From Lingula anatina (taxonomy: Eukaryota > Animalia > Brachiopoda): a stretch of DNA of 64,000 nucleotides. The stretch spans positions 55,158,788-55,222,787 of the forward strand of contig CM120640.1 of NCBI GenBank assembly GCA_051362555.1. The letters are read 5' to 3'. The notes under the pieces are model-generated. The model was not told the DNA's origin. It did not search any database and saw nothing but the letters and a program-made list of their open reading frames with translations. Shown one piece after another: positions 1 to 12,233 of the stretch (its first letter is position 1; every line of letters begins with the position of its first letter). The position numbers and the translations under genes are program-made.

Positions 1-258
1 AGTCAGTGAAGAGAAAAATGATTGTCTATGACACCATTTCAGAAACGAATTACCCGATTTAACACAATGAAAGCATGCATGACAATTTGAAATATAACCC
101 TCGATTTGCAACATTTTACTTCTTGTGATATAAAAATATATCATGACGTGATCGTGTGACATAAGCGTACTAAATAAGAATCTGCAGCAATGATAAAGAA
201 CAATCCTCTCATCTTTAATAGAGCTCTTTTTACATTATGTAATATTTCCCCATTCTAG

Positions 259-3016
259 CCGTGCAACACGAAAGAGGGCCGAGGAATTCTACAATCAGAC
301 GTCAAGTTGCAATGTACCTCAAAGAACAAAGTGAACTGGGCATGCTTGCGAGCAATCCATTTCGGCCACCGTACATTAATGCCGTGATGGGCCTCTCGCC
401 ATCTGAAATGCCTGTGGAAGGAATCTCCATCAGTACCGGATCCTCACCATTTGAAGCCTCACATCCGGGTCTCTTACCTTCTCTCACAAGTAGGATGATC
501 TGCCATCCGATACCAAAGGTACTTTTGAAAGAGATTACAGGAAATTGAACAAGATTACAGGTCATAAGGAAAATTTTACATGAGTGAAAATACAAAACGA
601 TAATTTGAATGATGAAATAGAGCTGTCGGTTTCATACATTGATAATTCGAGAAAGGTTATTGCACAAGTAAGGTTTGGTCTTTTCTGGTAAAATTTTCTA
701 AAATTTTAATCAAGGATGACTGAAAATATTTTTTACATTTAAGACATCAAAAACATATTTACATCTCGCTCAATTTAAAACTGAATATTTCTTTAGTCAC
801 TGAGAATATAATATTTTTAATGAAAAGAATTACGAATAACATGTATCGATCAACATTTCAGTACCCCCACGAAATTGCTCAAGCTTACTTTAACAGTCCC
901 GAGGCAGTGTGTGAGGCGGCTGCAAGGTTACTCTTTATGAGTGTAAAGTGGGTGAAGAGCGTCCCCGCCTTCAATAGCCTCTCGTACAGAGATCAGATTC
1001 TCTTGCTGGAGGAATCGTGGAGAGAGCTGTTTGTGTTGGGAGCCTGTCAGTTTCAAATACCTATCGAACCTGCTTCCCTCATGGCTGCTGCCGGTAAGTA
1101 TACTTCAGTCGAAATTCAGCATTTCTTTTTCTGTAGAATTTCTTTCAGAAGTACATTTAAGAAATTTCCATTCTTGTTTGCTTTGTGGAAACCATTTCTG
1201 TATGTGTATTACAAAAAAATATGTGAAAATTAAACATATATTAAATTCAATTATATTTACTTATACACAAAAGTTAGACATCTAACTAGAATAAAGTTAT
1301 AATTGTCATATTTTATAGGCATTACCTCAGAAACGTCGCCACCAGAAAAAGTAGTATCTTTTATGGCAGACATAAGGCTACTTCAAGAATTGGTTGTCAA
1401 ATTCAAGGCCATGCAGATTGATCCAACAGAATATGCCTGTCTGAAAGGGATAGTTCTTTTTAAAACAGGTAAGTTGTTAACAAATACTTTAAAATAGGTC
1501 ACTTCTGTCAAGGTAGCATTAAAAATATTGAAAATCTCTGATATATTCTTGCTTGACGCGGTTTTGAATGTACAAAAAGGCGAGTAGGGTGTCTTCATTA
1601 TGCATATGCTGTAAAAATATGAACGCGACAAAAATAAAAATAGACTAAAACATTAATTTCTTTAGACTTTATGAACGTCGAAAATGCTTATAACCACCAT
1701 CACGACGTTTTTTTAAAAATTATTTTTATTCACATTTTAATTTGTTCTCACTCACCCATTTAAATGTGATTGAGCAGAGAGAAAAAAAGGGCAATATTCC
1801 TTTTATAAGATTGTTGTTATACATAACCTGACAAGACAGCTTGCCAATTTGATATTTAAGGAGTCTTTTTAACAGAAAGATAGTATGTAAATAAATAATC
1901 GTCCGGTCATTGTTAATGTCATGTCAACATAAGCTGTGCACCGAATGACCCCTCTGCAGGCATACTTTGAAATAAATCAGTGAAATATGCTTACAGGTCT
2001 GTGGCAATGTTTTGGATTTTGTGTTTTGATAGTGACGCAATATTGTGGAAGTTGCGATTTGGTACCTCAGAGGCTCTTAAATTCATACCCCATGAACCCT
2101 TCTTGAACAAAAAGAAGTGAAACATACAAGGCTTCTTCTAAAAGCATCTGGCTACTCTTTAAATTTAGTCGTGATTTTGGAGAATTCTTTCTTGATTTGT
2201 TGCCCGGGCCCGTGAAAGGAATGCTAAAGCCACACTCTGGCTGGAACAAATGGACCGAAGGCAGATCTAAGTCACGTAGTGCGAATCAACTAAAAAGGAG
2301 ACCCCTAGAGAAATTAACAAAGGTTTTTAGGGTTTTACAAGTGACCAGTGTGATTGACTTTGTTTCAATGTGCCCACAATCTGCCACCTTCTGCTCCGCC
2401 CCCACATGGCTAGCCTTAGGTTTGGATAAGGTCGTGGGTTCCCACGCGCAGCCACTGTGCCGTCTTCTTTTAATGACATTTTTTACACCGTAAATAAGGC
2501 TACTAAATCTAATGTAGAATAAAAATGTTTATGTAAATCAATGTACAAATACAAATCTAATTTTCATTTTATATCGACGCAGAGATTAAAATTAAAAAAG
2601 GAAAAGAAATAAAAAACAACACACATACTTATGTACTAATACAACACAAATTCTTAATGTATATTAAATAACTCACATTTTCACTTCTTTTCGCTACTCG
2701 ATTAAGTGTTGAAGTCAAACCTATCATTTTGTCTTTATACATTTCAGTCTTCCAGAACGCAAATTCAGATATGAAGTCCCTTCGTGACTTCCACGCCGTT
2801 GCTAGCCTCCAAGACCAAGCTCAGCTGACACTCAGCAAGTACATACAGACAGCTTATCCAACACAACCTTTCCGCTTTGGGAAACTTCTTCTGGTCCTGC
2901 CTCAGCTGCGCGGAATATCCACCAAAACTATTGAAGAACTGTTTTTCAGAAAGACAATCGGTTCCATTCCCATGGAGAGGCTACTCATTGACATGTATAA
3001 GTCTGGCGATTTCTGA
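259..3016 (+). CDS. NR2E1: Nuclear receptor tailless/TLX (NR2E1), last four coding exons; the DNA-binding domain exons lie upstream of the window
   Basis: Exons 259-518, 862-1093, 1319-1468 and 2748-3016 have AG/GT boundaries and compatible phases. The spliced protein contains AVQHERGPRNSTIRRQVAMY (T/A-box), PK|YPHE, VCEAAARLLFMSVKWVKSVPAF...DQILLLEESWRELFVLG and FGKLLLVLPQLR...TIEELFFRKTIGSIPMERLLIDMYKSGDF*. These closely match vertebrate TLX as I recall it. Confidence 0.93.
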
Positions 3017-5574
3017 CTAGATGTTCCTACTTACGGGTATGTGCGATCTTTTTAAAAAGGAAGACAGGGTTTAACTTGCGCCGTGAGTTTTTGATATTCT
3101 TGGCAAAGACGGCAAACAAACCAATATCGCAGAGTCGAACATAGCGATACCTCTTACCGCTTAAGACACTGACATGCAACGGGTGTCATTGGGAAGACTA
3201 AGTCCTTGTAGTATAGTTTCCTAGGTTATATATCGGATATATGTTCCTACGCTCAACAGTGCACCTGTCTTTGTGTTTTATTTATGCACAGAACAAGTTG
3301 TCTTACGAAATTAATGGGGATACAATTGTTTGTAATTAATATCTTGCCAAATGCTCACCATTATTATAACTATGATTTGGTGAGTGACCAGAATGATTTT
3401 ATGACTAGAATTGTTTCACACAGGTGCGTGAAACAAGATAGGGGAGTGCTGGGCACGGGTCACAACGCTGTTCACACTGTTTGTATTGCGATTGTCCAGA
3501 GTAAGTAACCTGGAAAAATCATGTTGTTGCTTTGCTTGCTGGTATTACGAAAGTGGTGTTTGCAAAGAAAATCAACTTGTAGGCCAATTATATGCTATTG
3601 TACACGAAGTTTTCCAGTCACTTTTGTAAATTGTTCTTATACATGACAACTGGGTAGTTTTCATCAAAGATGTAGGTACCTGGAAAGACTCCTGCAGTTA
3701 ACCAAACACATGTCGCTTCACCTGTGTCATCAAAGTCATCAGAAAGGGAGAAAACAAACTAAAAGAATGCTTGCTGGAGAGCAAGTGGCAAAACATGGGT
3801 ATTGTGTCAAGAGGAGCTTGCTCACTGTGTAGCACTAATACTATTGTACAGTCTGAATATTTTGTACTGGGTAACTCTCTGCCGATCGGTGTCACTCAGT
3901 ACAGCGTATTCAGGAGCGACACTTTCTTAGCCACATAAACAATGTCATGCCTTGACTTTAACTATAGAGGGGAACATTTGCACTTGATCTGAAACTTGTC
4001 TTCTTACAATGATAAACACACAAACACGTGAATCAACAGAGTTACATGCAAAGCTACAATAGTCATTTTGCAAAAGTTCTTTATTTCATTTTATATTTAC
4101 ATTTTTGTCAAGTTTTCTTTAGAATACTGGGTGCAGATTTTTAAAAAATTGCACCAAAATATCGAAGAAGGGACTCTTGAATTTTAAGTCTGTAAGGTTA
4201 TGATAATTAAAATTTCAAGTTAATTTCTTTTCCGAACATCAATTTTTTGGAATTTGAATTGATAAAAGATAAATAATGGATTATAAGTAATTTTGAAAAA
4301 TTATGTGTTAGAAAATAATATAACATAATTACACTGACCAAATTGCAATGACGAAATGTGATGGATTACCTCATTGAGTGACAAAATAATATTAGTATAA
4401 AGTGTAGAAATTCTCAGATGTGCTGGTATTCCAGTTGAGTAAAAAATGGCAGGTCCAAAGTCATTCGACAAACTCAGGTATATTATCACCGTTTGTAAAA
4501 CGGGGCATAGCATTGTTATTATTTTATTTCTTCTTTCTTAAATCAAGATGTAATAACGCAGGAATAATTTAATCTAATTATTATAGATGTTGATGAAATT
4601 GTATATACTTTTATATATGTTATTATTATTATTATTATTAATTTTATTTGGTTTGACACGATTTTGAAAATCGGCTTACTGACTTCTCTTAAATGTAGAG
4701 TAATTCAATAGATAGTTATATAGATTGTGCAATTTCATCCGTTGGCTAAAAAGCAGTTATAGGAGGGGTGATGAAAAGAATTTATACAAGAAATATGACT
4801 CTGTTGGCCAATAGTTCTAATTTGCTGTTAGCTTTATAATAACTCTAACGTTTTGTTTGTTTTTATAAACGTATCCCCGAAGTAGTTGTTAACTTTGGTT
4901 GGTGCAGTGTGATTATGTCACCCTTGCTGAGTTCAAATTCTTATGCGTTCAATACTTTATTCCTATTTAATTTCTGATAGACGCTTTTACTTGTAACCCA
5001 TAAAAAGTACACCACTTTCACGATCATTGTTCGCATGTATTCGCATCCATTTCTGTCTTGTCAATAAAAGATCTAGACATAATTACATGTATTCAAATCT
5101 CACCCGTGTGCGTGCGTGTGTGCAGGCGGAATATGAGCAATGTCAGAATATCAATACAGTTGAATTGTTCAGTCAGAACCGTTTCTTTAAAATATGTCAA
5201 ACATGTTTCTGTCAAACATGTTTATTCGTGTGAAAATGATAAAAATTGAGTACGTAGGCATAACTCTGTTCCGGGGACATGAAGTAAAACGAAGGAAATA
5301 TTTTTAAAACATCTACCAACAATAAACCAGTCTAACGGGTAAGCCTATTTATTCTTTTAAAAGGAAAAAAACAAAAGAAAGAAAAAAAAACAAACATTCT
5401 AAATCATTGTTGAATTTTTTCGGTCTTTAACACTTCAACAAAAATATCTTGGAATTGTTTCTTTTACAGAAGGATCAAGACAATAGGGGGAGGGGGGTCT
5501 ACAGTGGCCCATGGACTACTAAACATAATATAAATTTTCGTAGATACTGCTGCACATATATAGATAATTTTAGT

Positions 5575-5657
5575 ATGACGTCATCAACAACGACAAGACG
5601 TCACTGACAGTCGTCGCGTCATATAGCTGGGCACTTGCTTACGTAGATGACGCAATA
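5575..5657 (+). promoter_or_regulatory. Cluster of CRE/ATF sites upstream of the HMG-box gene
   Basis: ATGACGTCAT palindrome at 5575-5584, GACGTCAC at ~5597, CGTCA at ~5617, TTACGTA at ~5639 and TGACGCAAT at ~5649. This is a CpG-rich patch 140-220 bp upstream of the ATG at 5798. Confidence 0.5.
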
Positions 5658-5797
5658 GACGCGCTGGGTTTGTTTCAGATGTAAAAAGTTTATGTTGAGT
5701 TGTGTCAGGAGGTTGAATATAATCTATTAGATCTAGAAGCTATTTTCTAGATCTATCTAGACAGGGCCTATTTAAAATTGTTTTTCCAAGAAGTGTA

Positions 5798-8700
5798 ATG
5801 GGGAAAGATAGAAGACCCAAACCACGCAAACGGGCAACCATTGGAGAAGAAAAGGGAGAGGATAAATGTTATGAAAACAAACACCTTTGCGACGGCAGTG
5901 GTGATACTGGCGATGTTAACATTCCAAACCTTTATAAAAGCGAGGGGAAAGAAGATACGGAAAACGTAACCGTAAAAAGCGGGAATGGTTAGTCATCAAT
6001 TAGATATTCAAACATACACCATTACTACAACAAACCCTTTATTTAATTTTTCTTAAAACATATTTCAATATGTCGAGACATAAATCTGATAATGAATGTT
6101 ACATACCATATTTAAAGTAATTTTTAATCATTGCGAGAGGTTTAAGATCCATTAATTACCAATGGCATTTTTCTCTTATAAAGTTTTGGTTCAAAATGGA
6201 GAAATAAAGAAAATACCACGCCCTATGAATCCTTTCATGTTGTTCGCCTTTGAGCAGAGACGAAAACTACAACAAAAATATAGAGGAGAACCTAATAACA
6301 AGATAAGTTCCAGGTAACGTCTAATTAGTTTTAGAAAATATATGAATACGGTTGGAACACGATGGATGTTTGAACCGACTGATATAATATAGGAGCGTAA
6401 GATTAAGGGGTTTCGATACGTTAGGGCGGTTCCTTATCCGCAAAGATAGGGAAATATGCGGAAATAAAATTGAATTGACGAATAACGGTTGGTTACCCAA
6501 TATTCAAAATGCGCATGGGTGGTGAAAAAGTCAACGAAATGGGAGCTTGTGTTATTACTACACTAATTTCAATATAAATTTAACGTATCGAACCTCTCTT
6601 AAGGCACATAATCAATTTATATGGCAATAGTAACAATTATCTGGAATTTTCGATAATGCCCCTCCCCCAGCCCCCATTCCCGATCACCAGAATATACCAT
6701 ATCTACATCTGGTCACAAAATTACGATTTATAAACACTTTTTTCAGTTCCAAATTTGTAGTTTTTGAGATATTCTAGTAATAGAGATAGAGAATTTCACT
6801 GGGGACGGTAAAAATTTGAAAATTGTAACTCATAGATCATTATTTTCTCAGCCGTTTTTGGTATTATATGTATGTATGAAATTGGTGTTTTCTGATATTT
6901 CCAGAATTTATTTTACTGTATAAAAGTCCAACGCACATAGCATGCCTCTTAACTTTTTGTCTAATATGGAGGTTATTTGGGCGACACAGCACAACAACTT
7001 TAAGACTGGCCATTCGCCTAAGCGAGATTCAAATCCAGTTAAACAGAATACCCAACTGTCACACAAAACACAGAGATTATTTTAAAACAAATCCGTATCT
7101 ACCAGTATATAAAAATAAATCATCGTCCCATGAAGCAAGATATTCCCACATGTTAGGAAAGAAAAGGGACACACTGGAATGAAAGTATTTTACATACAAA
7201 TAAATTTTTGAATTCAGTTCTTAATGTCAGTATATGTTAAAAGTCAGAACGGAAGGTAAATGCAGTTCTCATTAACTTTAGGTTAGGTGAAATGTGGAGA
7301 AATTTGAATCCCGATGAGAAAAATGAATATATAGAAAAGGCAAAGCAAGTAGAGAAAGAGCACAAGCAGAAATACCCAGGTAGGTGATTATGAAGAATGA
7401 AAACGATACCACAAATGCAGTAAGTGTGCTTTGTGAGATGTGTCAGTGTAAGGTACATCGCATTCAGACAACTTTTTTAGTTCAACAATATGATCTGAAA
7501 CGTCTCTTTTTGTAGATTATGTCTACTGTCCTGGTACTGCAAGGAAACTCAAACAAATAAAAGCAGAAGCAAAGCAGAAAATGAACATCCAATTGCGCCA
7601 ACAAATCAATGAATTCCATCAAATGAAAACAGATACAAGTTACCCATCTGAAGCGAATCGTGCCAAAGAAGAGATGCCAGTTAAACCACAGGACGGACAG
7701 TTTCAAAAACACAAGTCACTAATTCATCCACAACAGCAAAGAGTCAGTAATGTTGGACCTGCCTACTTCTCTTATCCTGGGATGATTCCCCAACAAATGA
7801 TGCCAACAATGCCTTATATACAGCCTATTGTGTATCCTCCATGGGGCCAGTACCTACCTCAGCCAAACTGGATGCAACCGCCGAGAGGAGGCATTCAAGG
7901 GATGGCTGAAAAAAGAGATGAAAAAGCATCGAAGCCGGCTGAGAGTAGTAGCTGCCCTGGTAGGATTTTTTCATAGAATATAAAAAATCTACTGACCGTT
8001 TAGAAAACTACATTATAACTCCGTCAGTCTCACCATTATTTCTTACTGGGTCATTTTCACCAAGTAAGCCAAATACTAGCGTGTATGACATATAATCGAG
8101 TAAATGACAAAAGCAACCTTCAAACTTTAATTTTTGGAAAACAATTCTCCATAATGTAACTTAATATCTTACAAGTTATTGCCCATTGCCTCTAAAACAA
8201 AGTTTTGATTTAGCTTTTGTAACTCATGTGACCTTCCCTATAAAAATAATAGTCCATCGACGCTTTGCCGGTCACAATTTCTATCCGTAAAATAAATTAC
8301 ATTGTCAATAAGGGTGGAAGAAATGCTTGCCACCCACAAGATCATGAAGGTACAAATTGAACATACCGTGGCCGAATTCATATACAAAGTTAAAGGGATA
8401 ATAACTCTTCATATGAGGTTTATATTTCACAATAAAAATATTGTGAATAACTCATAGAAATATAATATATTCTGTTTTACCACAAAAACGGCAGTTATAG
8501 CTATTATTGTGAAATCTGAGCTTGTCTTTAGACCACGTGACCTCCATTGATGGCTATACTTTGTTAAAATCTCTTAAGAGATTTTAACAAAAAACCAAAC
8601 TTTTTAGAAAAAAAACCAGGGACTAACTTTGAATATAAAAATGGATTCATTAACCATTGGTAAGTATGGGAAAATTGTTGTTTACTCCAGGAAAATTAAT

Positions 8701-9953
8701 TTTTTGGCCGAAACGAAGAGTTGTTATCCCTTTAACTGGAAGACAGAGAACCATTGAAGGCGAATAAATGAACCATACTTCAGAAGGTCAGGAAGGTAAA
8801 TACATAAAAAGACAAGGAAATATGTTAAAAATTGGACCAGGAATGTGCAGGAAAAAAATCGCCTTCTCTAACAGCCTACAGGTAGAATCTTATATGCTCG
8901 AGTCCGGCATTACGTTTTTTGACTATGATTTTTGTATTAACGGGCCACAGGGATGCACTTGGATCTAATATATATGTCTTGGTTAATGAATTTCAAAATA
9001 CGAATTTCAGTGCATTTTGAAGACCCTTTATAACACGAAGATCTTTAAACACAATGCTTATTCTAAAATAATGCATTTTCAGCACTGTATACCGCTTCAA
9101 ACAATGTTAAGCAAGCTGGCGTTTCGGTGGTATACGTCCCTGTTTATATGCCAGGACAACTGGAAAATTCAGCTGTGTACCCATACCTACCACAAATGCA
9201 CGGAGGAACAAAAAGGTAATTGTCCAATATTTCTTTTCGCATATCAAAACAGATGAAAAGAGATAAAAAGGTGAATTAAGTCCGCAAAAGAAAAGAAAGG
9301 ATTTATCAAAGCGTACGTTGTACTTAATAGAACATCATTTCTGTATCTAAAAAAAATATATTGAAATTTTACTAAGTTTACAAAATATAGAACCAAAATT
9401 GAAAAAATGACGTCAATATTGAAATGATCTGGATTCATTATTTTTTATATCAAGCATGGTTATCTCAATGCCGCAAGAGACCCATAATCAAGATCAGACA
9501 CATCTGAACAGGAGAACCACCGGTCAGACAAAATATGACCAGTTTACATTGCGAGTTGAGGGGACACAACCACAGCAAGATAGCCAATGTCAGGAAACGA
9601 TCAGCGACGCTATAAACAGTGGAGAAAATGAGCCACGTAAAACTATTGAAGCTCCTGTTCAGAATGTCTGCGTAGTGCCGTCAGTTCTTCCAGAATTGAA
9701 AAGAATACAAGACCAAGAAGACGGCTGCCAATTCGCTTGTGGAGATCCTATAGCAAACACCACAAACTCCGCGGCTTCTGATAATACTTGGTTCATCATT
9801 GAAAACGAAAGTCCCAATTTACACGTAGATCCACAAATTGAATCACTGATGAAGCAAGTCCAAAATAATCCTGCAGTGCCCAGCACCTACTCTGATGATG
9901 CTATTAACTCTGCAACTCACGTTGACAATGATGCACCGATAATTGTTGACTAA
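5798..9953 (+). CDS. Divergent Sox/TCF/MATA-class HMG-box transcription factor (possibly SoxH/Sox30-like or an orphan Sox), about 497 aa
   Basis: Exons 5798-5987, 6184-6313, 7282-7379, 7516-7959, 9083-9215 and 9455-9953 are all GT-AG with phases 1,2,1,1,2, totalling 1494 nt with no internal stop. The HMG box reads KKIPRPMNPFMLFAFEQRRKLQQKYRGEPNNKISSR|LGEMWRNLNPDEKNEYIEKAKQVEKEHKQKYP|DYVYCP. It is followed by a P/Q/Y-rich region and an acidic C-terminus. AATAAA lies at 9961. Confidence 0.85.
6407..6598. mobile_element. Short TTAA-flanked MITE in intron 2 of the HMG gene
   Basis: Left end ttaa|ggggtttcgatacgtta and right end taacgtatcgaacctctc|ttaa form imperfect TIRs with TTAA on both sides. 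Confidence 0.6.
8394..8731 (+). mobile_element. Kolobok-like non-autonomous MITE (~338 bp), full copy
   Basis: TTAA|agggataataactcttc ... gaagagttgttatccct|TTAA. A near-identical inverted copy lies at 46001-46337 and a truncated copy at 61653-61930. Confidence 0.85.
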
Positions 9954-10557
9954 TATTTAAAATAAAAATTCGTACATTAAGAAGCAAATGTTTTATGCTT
10001 AGAACACGTTTATTTTAACTAACCTCAAAGTTTAACAAGATACAATGCAACACTTACTAACATAAAATGCAGAAAAGATTCAACTAGATGTAATATTTGT
10101 AAATTGATAAAATTTAATCATTACATAACATATAAAATATGTAGTTTACTTATCATTTCCTTGTAACTAGAGTTATTAAATAAAATGGTATTAATGAAAT
10201 ACAATTTTTGAAATTATACTACATCCTTTTTAGAGACAGATTCCGGGAAGGGAGGAACTAATGATAATATTTTAACCCCTCCCCCCTTCCTGACACCCTG
10301 AACTTTCCCATACTTTTTTATCACAGATAATAATAGTCAACAATCCTTAAGACAATTCTAAACAATACAGGTGATCTGCTCAATTCATTGGTGTAAACAT
10401 CACACGTACAACAGCTCAAACATAATCAGTCCTAAATAAGTGTAAATATTCAAAAGGTTTACTTTTTGCATTGAATGAAGTTCACTAAACATTTAAAAGA
10501 TTTTTTTGGTCTTCATTTTCAACTTGATGCCCCTAAATAACTTTGTGGTATTTGAAA

Positions 10558-12160
10558 TCAATCTTCAAACCCAAATCCAAAGACTGCATCAGATTCAAAC
10601 CATGAAAGGTCTTTTTGTTCCTTAGCTTGTTTTCTTTTCATTCTTATTCTATCTTTAGGTGAACTTTTAAAGAATCTTCCGCCATTTTTATTTGGCATTT
10701 TCTTGAGATTTGGGGTGCTTGAAAGACCCTTCTGCAAATAAAAGAGAAACCTTATAGAAAACAACCCTTTTTTCAAAAGGGGAGTAAAAACAGAAACACA
10801 AAAGAGTAAAAAGAAAAAAAAAACTAGGCAACAAAGCTTGCAAACATACAGACACCAAAGAGAAAAAAACACTGCCACAATGTTTCATAAAAATAAAATC
10901 AAAACATCAACAACTCTTGGAAAAATGTGGGTATGTTGATTTTAAACAGGAAGTGCCTTATCAACTTGCAAATTCACTCAGCAAATTTGAAGTTAAACAA
11001 ATACATAAAAAATAATATTTACTTTTGTAAAAATAATAAGATCATATTGATTTTTTTCTAACCCCCTTTTTAAGCAAACATCTCTACTTTACTATTTTTG
11101 TCTGATACATTTTTCTTCAATTTTTTACATGCACATGCATAAGATTTTAAAAAAAGATAGTTGCCCTTGATAGTTTTGTTGCTATGGTGATTTGAACTTT
11201 GGATTCAATTACCATAGAACCATAGGGCATATATTTTAAATTTTCTTCAAAAATGAAGTGCCTTCAATGTCCATATCTCCTACACAAGGTCTTCAATACA
11301 TATGGCAGATATAGATGAAAAATTATTGATAGGCACCCATGCATATTTTGTTGTTATGGTAACTTGATTTAGGATTTAACCGATTTTTTATTTTCTTGGT
11401 ACATTTTAAAGTTTTCTTTGCAGGCAAAGTGCTCTAATGAATACACTCACCATGCTGGGCCATCAGTATATAGCAAAATGAGAGATAGTCAAAAAGTGAT
11501 GGGTATCAATGTAAATTTTGTTGCTAACCGATTGTTTCTATTTTCTTGGTACATTTTAAAAGTTTACTTTGCAAACAAAGCATTTTCAACAACTAAACTC
11601 AACATACCATCTGCTGATATTTTGTTTAAATATATATATTAAGAATATTCTATATTTGTTAAGCAATTTTAGCCAGCTTGTTTACTTCAACTTTCGTGTA
11701 TTGTAAGACAACCAGCTCACCAGCACTAGTATGCTGATGCAATGCACAGAAAAAAAGATGTTAATCGCAATGTTGTTGCACAGTGTAGCATAAAGACACT
11801 AGGGTTGAAATATCTATGAATAAAATTTCAATATTTTTTATTTTTTCTACTTAAATATACTGCACACAAAAGCAATAAAGTTTTTCATATATACATATAT
11901 ATATGCATTTACCTTAAGTGCTTCTTTAGATTTGGGCTCTTCATAAAAAGAAGGGTGTTCTTCTGGCGGAAACAGGCTCTTAAACTGGGCTAATTCTTGT
12001 CCATCACCTGCACCAGCCAAGATATCCATTTTGACCTAAATACAGATGTCTGATTAAAAACTTATTACAGAATACTCAAGGTAATATTGACATTCAGAAA
12101 TCATAACTTGCATAGGGTGTCGGTCACTCGCTCAAAATGTTTACATGTGAAAAACGAAAT

Positions 12161-12233
<73 letters not shown>

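Noticed and set aside
302-1631. Minus-strand ORFs 302-595 and 1383-1631, and similar ORFs at 7237-7712, 9659-9886 and 31146-31841
   Set aside because: They are antisense shadows of real TLX, HMG or LINE coding sequence, with no independent motifs.
2067-2493. 98-aa ORF in a TLX intron as an extra exon or nested gene
   Set aside because: TLX splices in phase from 1468 to 2748 without it. It has no recognisable domain and looks like repeat-derived DNA.
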